The notes beneath the pieces are model-generated. The model did not search any database. It saw only the letters and a list, made by a program, of their open reading frames with translations, and was not told the origin of the DNA. A stretch of DNA of 64,000 nucleotides from Fimicolochytrium jonesii (taxonomy: Eukaryota), in contig NW_026515669.1 of assembly GCF_025526975.1 (NCBI RefSeq), positions 558,001-622,000 of the forward strand, in the 5' to 3' direction. The position numbers and the translations under genes are program-made. Each line of letters begins with the position of its first letter. Position 1 is the first letter of the stretch. Shown here one piece after another: positions 37,701-49,075 of this stretch.

Positions 37701-38309
37701 TGCCGCATGGACATTTGGAGCCCGTGCTCCCCAGTCTGCGTTAGCAATGGGCTGCTGAGGTGGGGGACCCACTTGGTGACGTGATGGACCCACGTCCCAG
37801 CCGTTTGAGTTGGAATTGCGCCAGGTGTCGGTCTGAGAAGGACCCGGTGTGGCCCATGTGCCGTTGGAGATGTCCAAAGAAGAAACTGAGTTGGGTTGCC
37901 AGACATTTTCGCTAGACATCGTGGGGGGAAGTGTGGTATGCTGCGGCCGGGATCGTCCCCACTCAGCAGCTGGATCGGGCCGGATGCTGCTATATCCTGG
38001 AATCGCATCCCAGTCGTCCCGGGCCTGGGGAGTCGATGGCGCACCGAAGGAACCTTTGCGCATTCCCCATCCGTCATCTTGTCGGGGTTGAGGCTGGACC
38101 GGTGTCGTTTCTTGAACGGGTGGACGGGACCAGCCGTTGTTGACAGGCGGAGCGGCTCCCCATCCGCTGGCCAGTTTGCGGCTCTGTTGTTGTAAATTGC
38201 TGGGCGTACCCCAGTCAGGGTTGACTGAAGGTGTGGGCAGCGGGGCTGCTCCCCAGCCGGCGGCGGCTTGCGCTCGCGGAGGTGGTCCCCAAGACGTCTG
38301 ATGGTTCAT
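34715..38309 (-). CDS. Multi-RRM RNA-binding protein with an N-terminal GW/WG-repeat region and an acidic tail
   Basis: Exon 1 is Trp/Gly-repeat rich. RRMs: LLIYGFP...YAFVDY; LHLANLP...YAFVSF; IYIASM...ALVVF; VQLTDLP...ALMEF. Introns near 37043-36973, 36832-36766 and 36448-36377. Confidence 0.85.
35381..35551 (-). repeat. Degenerate ~18-aa coding repeats within the RRM protein, each carrying a psi-K-x-E motif
   Basis: IKVEQQPDVP / IKMESGREQPIPLPGEDV / VKEESGWDQPIATPGENG / IKQEPGWDLPIISP. Confidence 0.75.
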
Positions 38310-40153
38310 CTTCCTACACTTCGAAGGGGGTGAGGGTGAGAAAATTAGATGTATTCACTTTCGGCGTGCAGTGCATTCCGGAAAGCCCTAGCCAGAAGGC
38401 ACCTCCGTTCGAGGCGACCGGCAGACATACCTGTCGGCTGCAGATCGCTACGGGTCTGAGTGGCAAGTGCTAATCTGGAGAAGCCGCAACAAACGCGTGT
38501 CCAATGTCAAATAAAGTTTACTCTGCGGGAACGGGAGAAGGACATGGAAACGACTGCGACGGGGCCTTGCGGCGAAAGCGCAAGTACAGTATCATACCTG
38601 CTCCTGCTTGTGAGCCTGGCTGTGGGAGTGAGCCAAACCTTGTCTGTTGTTTTGGGTGAGTGGGAAGGGATGGCTGCTCATCCAGGGGACGCTGCGGAAG
38701 ACTCACCCGGCCTTGCAAAATCACACATCAACATTTGACCATCAACGGGTCGGGGACGGGGCTTCCCCCGCCGATTCACATATACTGTACATACACAATA
38801 CACCCAACAGAGGTATTCCTCCCGGCAACAAGCCATGCAACGTTCATACATCCATCCAGGACCGCAAGCAGAGAGGTCTTCCTGACATCAGCAGCGATGC
38901 AGCAATAGGCGTCAAGTTCAAGCAACACGGAAATGTAAAGCGGAATGAAAGAGCGCGGGAATAAATGCAGATTAAGGCTCAGATATGACCTCACGTGACG
39001 TTCTTTTTCTCCTGAGTGAAGCGCAGTCGCCGTGACGTAAGGAAACCGAGAAACGCGCGGAATGCTTCAATGGCAAATGCCCTCGTTGTGAGGACGTGCG
39101 ATTTGTGCGCTGGCGGGCGATCTCACTCGGACACAGACACCGCCCAACCTCCCCAACTTTCACAACCACACAACCAAGGCATCTCGGTATTCCGTCGCCA
39201 TGATCCATGGGTCTGATGATTCTTACGGACGGCTGTGGACGAGCCTTGACAGAAATTGGAAATGGGCAAAAACCGTGGGGAAACCAGGCGAAGAGAGGTG
39301 GCAGCACTGGCGGGTGAGGATGACTTCGTAGTCGTTTGCCCGGCAGATGATGAGGGATGTGGACCTCCATACAACCAGTAGCTTTGATTGGGCAGAGTTT
39401 TTAGCGTCGTCCACGACCGACGAAGCCTCTGCATGCATGCTGGCATCTTTAGTCCGAGCGCAAAGCTAGCAGGAGAGATGCGAGATGGAGGATGTATGTG
39501 CACTGCGTGCATTTGAAAACCCATCGGAGGAAGCAGGTTGTCAGTCCATGGGGCAGTGTGCACTGTGTGAAGCGCACGGCGAGCGCAACGAAGCTTTATA
39601 TTTACGCGTAAGGGTTTTCGCATTTGGACCCCTCCTGGACTTTCCCCTCCCCTCGCGTCCCTAGCGTTCCGTTCAGCCAGAGTGCACACTGCACACCCAT
39701 CTCTCGCCATTGCAAGAGACCCCAGGCATCACAGACTCACCACACAGGGTCGTTCGCCGCTCACCGTACGCGTCGCACCTGGATACCTTTTCACGTCGCA
39801 ATTACACGTCCAAGATCACCGCCGCCCGTGTCACTCGATAGTCGTGATCTTGCATCTTCTCGCGTTCGCTTCCATGCGTTGAGAGATAAACGGTGATTAC
39901 CTAGGCAACCTTCTTTCAACCAGGAATAACTCAGCAGAATTGTCTTTCGGTGTCCCACGCCGAGTTGTCCGACCGTTTCCAAAACTTCGAGCAAAAGCGC
40001 GTTGAACACCTCCTGCCCGCACCAAAATCAAAGGTCCTCGGTTTTGATCCGTCCTCCGTGTTGAGGGCCATTTTTGGGCAGTTTTTTGGAATCTTTGATA
40101 TCAAAACCGCATCGACGGTGTTCTGTATATAAACCCAAAGCCCATCCTCTATA

Positions 40154-43100
40154 ATGGCCTCGGCGCCGTTCGCAGGAGGCCTCGCAGCTACCCACCACGA
40201 TATGGAAGCCGCATCCGCCGCCGAACCCTTCGATAACACCGACACTAGTGCTACATCAGGGGATGAAGAAGACGATGTCAGCGGCGGTAGCAGCACCAGC
40301 AGTAAATTGAGCATGAAGGGATCGGACCGTGATCTCTCCATGACGAAGGCGGCGGCAGCGGCGGGAGGAAGCAATAAGAAGGCGGGAATGATGTTGGGGG
40401 TGGAAGGTAGGGCTCCGGATGCGTCGGATACGGGTGGTGGGCTTCTGGAGCCGGTCTCGCCTGGTCTTGGTGTTAGAGGGAAGAAGAGAGAGCGGAGAAA
40501 GATCAGTGGTTTCAAGCGAGGTATGTGAGGTTGCGTTTGATCGTGGCGAGAGGAACGGAGACATCGGCGGACGGCCTGGGGTATAGGACGGAAGCACGAT
40601 AGACGGGAACAGCACTTGCTGCTGTTCACTTCTTTTCGCCGTGAAACATCATCATCCATGTATGCAAAAGCTGATGGAATACTCCCGACTATTCTTCACC
40701 ATTACAATCAGAATCGCCATTAGCCTACCGCGAGTTCCTGACAGGACATCTAGATGCGACAGGTCGCGACTCGGTATACCCCTCTACCCACGAGAATGAC
40801 AAAAAGAAACGAGGAGCAGAATGCCTGCGTGACGACGCGACTGAGTTGCAGATACTGATGAGCGCGCCTCGGGTTTCGCACATTGCTGCTTCCGTAGAGA
40901 ACGTGCCGGTAAGATAGACTGGAGGGATACCTTGTAGAGCTTCCAAGCGTCCTGAAAGCCTTAACTCGTCTCTTACGTTCGCTATTCCATTACAGGAAGC
41001 ACTCCATCACCCTGAGCCAAGCGAGATCACAAATTCACTGCCTGCCATCAAAGAAGACACTGAGAAGCCAGGCGAAAACGACACCATATCCCCAATGGAT
41101 ATCGAAATCACCCTCACGGCCGCTCCAACCGAAGAACACTCGGATGCCCCGCAAAATGACCACCACGATCGACGCGGGAGACGAACGCCCTCGCCGGTCC
41201 GTGGAGAGCCATCGACGCTACCCCCGTGCATTATCGACATTCCTCAGCCAAAGTTACATCGGTCGCCGTCACCTGTGCGGGCGATACCCCGGTCGAAGTT
41301 TCCGTTTCCGCTGCACCCGGTGCATGACGCGCAGGAGGCGTTTAGGAATCGGCATGGGGATGTTTTGGCGGTATGTATTGCTCTTTAGGGGGTTTGTGAT
41401 ATCGGTAGTTCTGAATCATGTATTCTCTGACCATCCGTCCCTCGAATACCACCATTACTTATCCGCCTCCTCCTTTCCAAATGCTAGACGCAAATCCGCG
41501 CCATCTTCAGCGCATCCACCCCTCCCGCTCTCAACGAGTCCCAATTCCAAGACGTCACAGTCGCCTGCCAAGCGCCGCGCTACTTCAACCGCGTTTTCTT
41601 CCACAGATGCGGCGGCAAACCGGGCGGAGTCGTCACCCTGGACGGGTTCGAGCGGTTCTGGAACACGCTGAGGAATTGTGCAGATGTGGAGGAGATGTGT
41701 TTTTGGATTTTGGGAGGTGGGAAGAGTATGCTTACTGAGGAGGATTTTGGGTTGTTAATTCAAGGTGAGTTTCGGGGTTTGTGTGGTGTCTGGAAACGTC
41801 GGAGGTTCTGGGAGTTGGTTGTCGTGCACTGGCGAATGGGACGTGCCTAACTGTTCGATTTGCCCTCTGCCGCAGATGTTGTGCACAATCATCCTGGACT
41901 CGAGTTTTTGAAAAGAATGGACGTCTTCCAGTTGCGATACGGTAAGGGGTTGGATAAATGATAACCCGATTGCTCCCAAGTAGACCGGGCTAACCAAATA
42001 TGCACATTAGTGGAAACAATCATCGCGCGCATCTTCTACTCCAAAACCCGCAACACCAACCCCCGCATGTCCCTCCGCGAATTCCGCAAAGACCGCATCT
42101 ACCACACCATCCTCAACCTCCAACAAACCGAAGACATCAACGCCTCCCGCGACGTCTTCTCCTACAAACACTTCTACGTCATCTACTGCAAATTCTGGGA
42201 ACTCGACAGCGACCACGACCTCTTCATCATGGAGGACGCGCTCCGCCAGTACGAGAACGGGTGCCTGTCTCACTTGGCCGTCTCCCGTATTTTCTCGGGC
42301 GCCGGCCGCGGAATTGGGAAGTTTGACGCCATGTCGTACAAGGAGTTTATTAGGTTCATACTAGCCGTTGAGGATAAGGATACTCCGCAGGGCATTGAGT
42401 ATTGGTTCAGGTGCCTGGATACGGATGGCGATGGGGTGTGGAGCTTGTGGGAGTTGAAGATGTTTTATGAGGAGCAGAGGGCTAGGATGAGAGAGTTTAG
42501 GATGGCCGATCCGTGGGATTGGGATGATTTCTCGTGTGCCATGTGAGTTGTGCGCTACTTACCTTCCCTAGTGTGCAGACACCAATGTAACTGTTTCCAT
42601 CGCTTTTAGCCTCGATCTAGTCAACCCCGTCACTCCTGGCCAGATCCGTCTATCCGACCTCAAACGCTGCAAGTCCGCCGGCTTGGTCTTTGACATGCTA
42701 TTTGATATCCGCAAGTATGATCTGTACCTTCGTCGCATCGACCCGAGCTTCAGAGAGTGGGACGATATGTATGTCGAGGACCGGGAGACGAAGGAGAAGG
42801 TTCTTTTAGAGTACGTGATGACCTGCGCATCATCCGGTCCGGACTCCAATGGAGCATGACTGACATGAATCTACTACCTTTAGGGGCTGGGACAAGTTCG
42901 CAGAACGCGCCTACGAAGAGCTCGCCTACGATGACGAAGAAGACGAAGATATCCTCGACGAGGACGAGCTAGACGACGACGACCTAGACCTCGACCTGGA
43001 CCTCGCCAACGAGCTTGACCCGAGTCTCGACCCTGAGATCGACTCCGGGTCTTCGGAAACATCCTCCGTAGGCGATGACGACCAGCAGCTGCATGAACAT

Positions 43101-43715
43101 CACCTCCCGCAGAGAAGTACCCTGCGACACCGCGGGGGCCGGCTGAGTCACGGCACGGACAATGACGGAGTGCATGGGGCGACGGATATCGGTGTGGAGT
43201 TCACGCATGAGCTCACTACCGCGCCGATGAACGTCGACCACGGGTCTCATCCAAACGTGGTGTCCACGCCCACGAGGAACCCCCACCGTCTCGACCGGGC
43301 CACCACGCACCGCGTGCGAGGACAACAGGGACGGCGGCGGAGTCTAAGCGAAGATGTCGTTGACGGCGTCGACTTTATGGACCATGTGGATCCGTGGAAC
43401 GAGGATGAAGATGATGTCGACCTTGCAGATGCGGACATCAATGAGGTTGCCGGCCTGCGTCGTCGCCATCGGCGCGTGCCTTCCGCAGACGGAGACGTTG
43501 CGGATGAGATGATGATGGGGATTGTCGAGGGCGCGGGTCTGGTTGCCCCTGTGGGCATGGAGGTCGATGAGCCTCGTGTCGAGGTCGCTGCGGAGACTAC
43601 AACAGCCGGTGGTGAAGCTGAGGAGGCGGAGAGTGCTGGGCCCGTTGGAGAGGTGGACAGTGACGCGATGGTTATTGTGGAAGATTGCAGCCGACCTGGC
43701 GTCGAGGCTCTGTGA
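40154..43715 (+). CDS. Protein phosphatase 2A regulatory subunit B'' (PR72/PR130 family, EF-hand)
   Basis: HPGLEFL, ETIIARIFY, FSYKHFYVIYCKFWELDSDHDLFI, EYWFRCLDTDGDG, LSDLKRCK, WDKFAERAYEEL. N-terminal exon structure is less certain. Confidence 0.93.
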
Positions 43716-44289
43716 AGAAGGCATGTCAGCACAGAATCGGAATGGATGACCGACGGTTGGAAAGAGACGCTGAAATACGCATTTTGAGGACGCTTAATAT
43801 ATTGGACTGGGAGGGGCACCGCAGGTGGCACAGAGCTGCGTGGGAAACCGAACGCGGTTTTGACGGAAAGGACAAGACTAGGTGACGGATGGGATGGAGA
43901 ACAAGTCGGCCAACGTGTGTCTGCGCACGCAAAGCCCTCCCATTCCTCTCTACCTCACCTGAAGGCAAATGTCTGAAGAAAGGTGTTGGGCTTAAGCGAG
44001 GGGGGGGGGGGGGGGTGTAGATTAGGGTCAACTCAGGATTTTGACATTTTTATTGAAGGACTTCGTCGCGGGAGAACAGTGTGAACGGGATATGGACTTC
44101 GGGACGGAGATATTCTATGCAACTATTGTCATTCATCCCGTATTCCATAAATTCCTGTGATAATGGTATAATAGTAAGGGAGTTGGATGCGTTTTGGATG
44201 TGACGGCTGAGGATTTGGCCTCAACTCTTTGCATCATCCTTGTGGGTCTGTGGGTGTCTCTGGAGCTGAGGCTTTGGGGAAAATAAGCC

Positions 44290-44537
44290 TGACCTTCCTT
44301 CGTCAAGGCCTTTCTGACAGGATCCTGTCAATGGAAAATGACGGTCTGACGGGGGCTTTTTCCGTCCTAATTGATTTATGGGACTTCTAATTGTGCTCTC
44401 CAGCTCCGCACTTGATTCAATGAATCAAAATAATGAGTTTCGATGGTGGGTTCGAAGGGGCATGACGGATTGACTCGGAGGATGTCACAACCTTGTCGAG
44501 CGGGGGATGCTCTCCACAAACAAGTGACCCCTCGTCA
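44290..44537. promoter_or_regulatory. TGAC/GTCA motif cluster including the perfect 16-bp palindrome TGACAGGATCCTGTCA (44315-44330)
   Basis: 11 TGAC/GTCA sites counted in 248 bp, 235-480 bp upstream of ATG 44772. Confidence 0.45.
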
Positions 44538-44771
44538 ACGGGTCCTCTTTTGATTATGCCAAGCCCGTTCCTTTGGCTGTGATTTCGCTAGATAGTAGAT
44601 AGGGAAACTTGACCTTTGCCGAGCGACGCCAAGAAACCCGCAATTCTGCTCTCTCGGCCTAGTGCTTTCCGCAGAATTTAAAAGGCGACCAACGCTCCTA
44701 CCGAGACTCAATCGATCTGCCTTCTGTCAAAACCGCACCACCTTCACAACGATAGCCTGAAACAAGCAAAC

Positions 44772-46208
44772 ATGGTCGGTCCTTGGCAACCTGGCTGCCA
44801 CTACAACCCCGGCGACGTCGTCGATTATCGCGGCTGTCACTACCGCATCGCTCAGGTGAGACACCATGCAGCTCGGAAGGGAGCCTGGAAACTATGGGCT
44901 GATTCGTTGCTGCTTCACAAAAACTCCAGCCTCATCGCTCGCAACCCGACTGGGCTCCCGACTGCGCGCCTGCTCTTTGGCAGCGAATGAACGGTAATCA
45001 GCATCACCAGCCCCAGCATGGGCACCATGGTCCTCCTCAGCATCATATGGGTCATCCTCAGCAGCCGGTTCGGGCAGATGCTCCGATTCCCAATCAGCTC
45101 GCTGCGCCTGCCGCCGCCCCTCAACCCACTGCTGCAGCTTCGCCCCAGCCGACTCCTCCCCAGCCAGCTCCCCCGCCACCCGAAACGCAGCAGCAGCGGA
45201 AGGAACAGCAGCCGCTTGGCTATGCGGAGGCTAATAAGCAGTATGAACAGCAGCAACAGCAAGCCAGCGAAAAGATCGAAGTCGTCCCAGCCAACAGCAC
45301 TGATCCTCGCAAGCAATCTTACCAAGGCTTCGACATTGGCGGCCTCCACATTTCTGATGATCAGCTCAAAGCCGGAGGAGGGATCCTTGGTACGGCCGCT
45401 GCTATTGGTCTCGGTGCCTTTGCATGGGACAAGTACAAGGACTCCAAGGACAATAAGGCCGAGCAGCAGTGGGGTTACAGGTATGATATATTTTGATTGC
45501 GTCGAGCAGCAGGTAACGCTAATAATAAATGCGAACCCCTTAGTAACTGGGAGCAAGATGCACGTCGCCGTCAGGGCGAGTACCTTGAAGCCATCAAGAA
45601 CAATGCTCCGCTGCCGCCCGTCTGCTGGGTGCTCACAAATGGAAACAGCATCCCAGCTGGGGCTTTGAAAGGCGGCCAAGAAGCCAACGGTACTCCTCTG
45701 TACATCGCTCGCGCGTTCCACGAGAATTCCGTTCAGATTGGTAAAGCGTCGGCTGATCTCCGTGATGGCGCCCATATTCCCTATGGAGGTAAGTGCACCT
45801 GATACTGGCAGTTACGGCGGGAGTCTGACCTACCCATTATTCCATAGGCAAAGAAATTGCTGTGTTCAACTATGAAATTCTCCTCGGTCTCGAAAACGCT
45901 GTCAAATGGGTTGATGGCGAGGGACCCCTGAAGAACAAAGGCGAGAAGCTTGTCGAAGGTGGCCGAGAGGCTGATGGCAAGCCTTTGTACATTGCTCAAG
46001 CGCACATCAAAGGAAGCGTTCAGCCTGGAAAAGTGGGCGAGCATTTGTCCAAGTGCTGTGTTGCCTACGGTACGTCATTATCATCTGATAGGCGATGGGG
46101 AAAGCCACGTCATACGCTCGGAGTTCTGGTTTGAATATAGACCGCATTTATCGAATAGGAAACGATGAGAAGGAAGAGAAGCATTATCGATACCTTTGCT
46201 ACGCGTGA
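44772..46208 (+). CDS. CBM5/12-type chitin-binding module + Pro/Gln linker + DM9 (DUF3421) repeats
   Basis: WQPGCHYNPGDVVDYRGCHYRIAQ|PHRSQPDWAPDCAPALW; two DM9 repeats (WV...GGQEANGTPLYIARA...GK and WV...VEGGREADGKPLYIAQA...QPGK); no signal peptide. Confidence 0.88.
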
Positions 46209-46299
46209 AAGTTCTGTTCAGTAATTTAGGGGCTCTCTTGTGAGTTGGAGTTGTCTGTTTTCTCGGCGGTATGGGTTGTGCTTATGTTTCGTTTAGCGT

Positions 46300-46374
46300 T
46301 ACCATCTATGTTGATTAAATCTTGTAAATGTTTCCCGCTACCATCTATCTTGATCAAATCTTGTGAACGTTTCC
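46300..46374. repeat. Two-copy 39-bp imperfect tandem repeat downstream of the DM9 gene
   Basis: TACCATCTATGTTGATTAAATCTTGTAAATGTTTCC versus TACCATCTATCTTGATCAAATCTTGTGAACGTTTCC. Confidence 0.85.
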
Positions 46375-46844
46375 TTCTCTGAATGAGTTCAGCCGCTTCC
46401 ACATTTATTGCACCCAAAGGATTTCAACGTCATGTCGCGACCACGAGTAATACAATCAGCGAGACGAATAAGAGTTACAGTATAGCAGAAGCCTAGTTGG
46501 TATACGTAGTGAGTGTGTATTTAGAGTGTGCATTCGTAACAGCGGGAAGAAAGCTGGGCAGGGTCGTTGACAGGGCCCATGCAGATCGCCCTTGTGCTGT
46601 CAATCCACTTCCACGCGCAGCTCCGTTGGGGAAGTCGGAAACGTTTATCTCGTCTTTGATGGCCGCAGGTGATCTCGACTTGACTGAACGGATTTGGTAC
46701 CGTTGGCTATTCGCCTCCCGTCCACTTGAAAACGAGCTTCGAATCCAGACTCTCCATATTTAGAAAGCGTCCCTGCGCAGCTAGCGTCTGGCCGCATCTT
46801 CCCGTCAACTTTTGGCACTCCGACGACGCTCAGTACCGCCCGCT

Positions 46845-48592
46845 ATGCGGTTAGCTTCAAGAGCCGGCCTGATTGCCTGCCTCTTTCTCCTCTTGTCCGT
46901 ATGCTTACCAGCGGTCTTTGCCGGCGCAGACTATTACCGCATACTGGGCATTGAACGGGCCGCTTCAAAGGTACGCACGTCCGCGGCCTCACGATTGGGA
47001 GGTCGACCAGGATGCTGACTCCATACAATAAATACGACAGAGGGATATCAAGAAAGCGTATAGGGACAAGTCCAAAAAGTATCACCCGGACAAGAACCCG
47101 GGAGATAAAGTTGCGGAGGACAAGTTTGTTGAGCTGTCACAAGGTGTGTGCATCGTAGATCAACGACCGTGGTGTCCGTTCTCGAACATCACGAGAGAGG
47201 GAGACCAGCGCGGGCTCCCGGCCTCCGAGCAAACATCTAAATCAAACCAACTTTCCCTAGCCTACGAAGTGCTGAGTGATGATGAGAAGCGTAGGATCTA
47301 CGACCAATACGGAGAGGAAGGTCTGAAGAACAGCGGGGGAAATCAATTCCATAATCCTTTCGATATCTTTGCGCAGTAAGTTGTAACGAACATTGAGCAC
47401 TTCATTCATGGTATGTAAGTCACTGACGGTATATGTGCTTCAGGTTCGGCGGTTTCGGTGGAGGATTTGGTGGATTCGGCGGACATCGTAAGTCCTTGGC
47501 TCTCCAGGACTGCACGCGACGCACGACAGGGGTCTAACGAGATTCACACAGATCATGCTCAGCGGCCTAAAGGTCCCGAAGTCAACATGGACCTTGCGGT
47601 CTCTTTAGAGGAGCTCTTCCTTGGAAAATCTTTGGAGGTAAGGTCTTCAGATTTGAGCATAGGGTAACTACAATGTCAGCACAGATGGCATAACCCAACC
47701 ACCATGAACAGATCGAAATCAATAAGCAAGTCATCTGCCCAACGTGTCGAGGCAGCGGAGCAAAGAATGCAAATGACGTGACGAATTGTCACTCGTGCGG
47801 TGGATCTGGAGTGAAGATCGTCAGACAAATGCTTGGCCCAGGAATGTATACGCAGATGCAGACACAGTGAGTAGCGTACACCGATGGACGTCTTCTCCGC
47901 CCGAAACACTCCTTTTCTCATCGGCGGTGCTCTACTCTATTCCAATAGCTGTGAAGTATGTCAAGGCAAAGGCAAAGTCATCAAACACAAGTGTCCAGCC
48001 TGCGCAGGCGCCAAAGTGAAACGCGGGTCCCACCAGCTCTCCGTCGCTATCGAGCGTGGCATGTCGGACGGTCAGCGCATCGTTATGGAACAGGAGTCCG
48101 ACGAGTCACCCGACATCACACCCGGAGATCTTGTCTTCACCATCCGATCCATTCCACACCCGATTTTCACTCGGAAGGGCGACAACCTGTATCTGAAGGA
48201 AACGATATCTCTCCACGAAGCCCTACTCGGCTTCACAAGAAAGGTGCCTCACTTGGATGGAAATGTCATTACCATCGAGAGGGAGGGTGTAACGCAACCC
48301 GGTATGTTTTTGTTACCTACCCAATGGACAAGCTTGACTTGGTAGGGTTGATAAAGCTCACCCACATCTACTGCAGGTTTTGTCCAAACCGTCAAGGGAC
48401 AAGGCATGCCCACCCACGAATTCCCTAGCGAGCGTGGGGTTTTGTTCGTGGAATATGCTGTGGTATTACCGGACAAGCTTTCCACGGACCAGACTGAACG
48501 TGAGTTCCTGCATCGCTTTGAATTAACCATTTGTGATCATCCGCTGACCTTCTCCCTCCGGATCTACAGTGGTAAAGAAACTACTCGCATAG
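46845..48592 (+). CDS. SCJ1: ER-lumenal type I DnaJ co-chaperone (Scj1/ERdj3-like)
   Basis: Signal peptide, [37 protein letters not shown] region, CxxCxGxG zinc repeats, C-terminal peptide-binding domain. Confidence 0.9.
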
Positions 48593-49075
48593 GCGATCAA
48601 AATTGGCGATCCGCTCGGTCTTCCAACCCTGGCACGTCGTAGTTCGATATTATGTATTTAAGACTGCGTCGCTTGGTTCCAGCCAGTCATTACGGCTTCG
48701 AACGCGCTGCTCCATCGAAGGCACACGATCAGTACATAGCAGTGCAGGGATATTACTTGTATTTACGCTACATATACGTGACATAGAAGCATCAAATGCA
48801 CAAATAAGGGGGCAAAAAAAGGCAGATTTGCTAAGATAGTGCTAAACTGAATGATGATATTCCTCGAAATAGACTTCTTCCTGGCTGGGGCAATAGGACT
48901 GAGCGCCAGTCGCCACACCGTGGGCTCTTCCTTCCAGCCTTGCACTGAACCAGCGATGACTGTTGATACGGCGGTAATTCAGGCTGTTCCCCATTTGCTC
49001 CAAAACCCATTCCAATACCCACGACCAATGGCATTCAAAGCTTTTAGTTGACATACTGAGAGAAGCGTGAAGGGT

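Noticed and set aside
38400..40100. ORFs in the region between the RRM and PP2A B'' genes
   Set aside because: No motifs; likely divergent promoter or UTR
44000..44015. G16 homopolymer as a functional G-quadruplex
   Set aside because: A simple run with no supporting context
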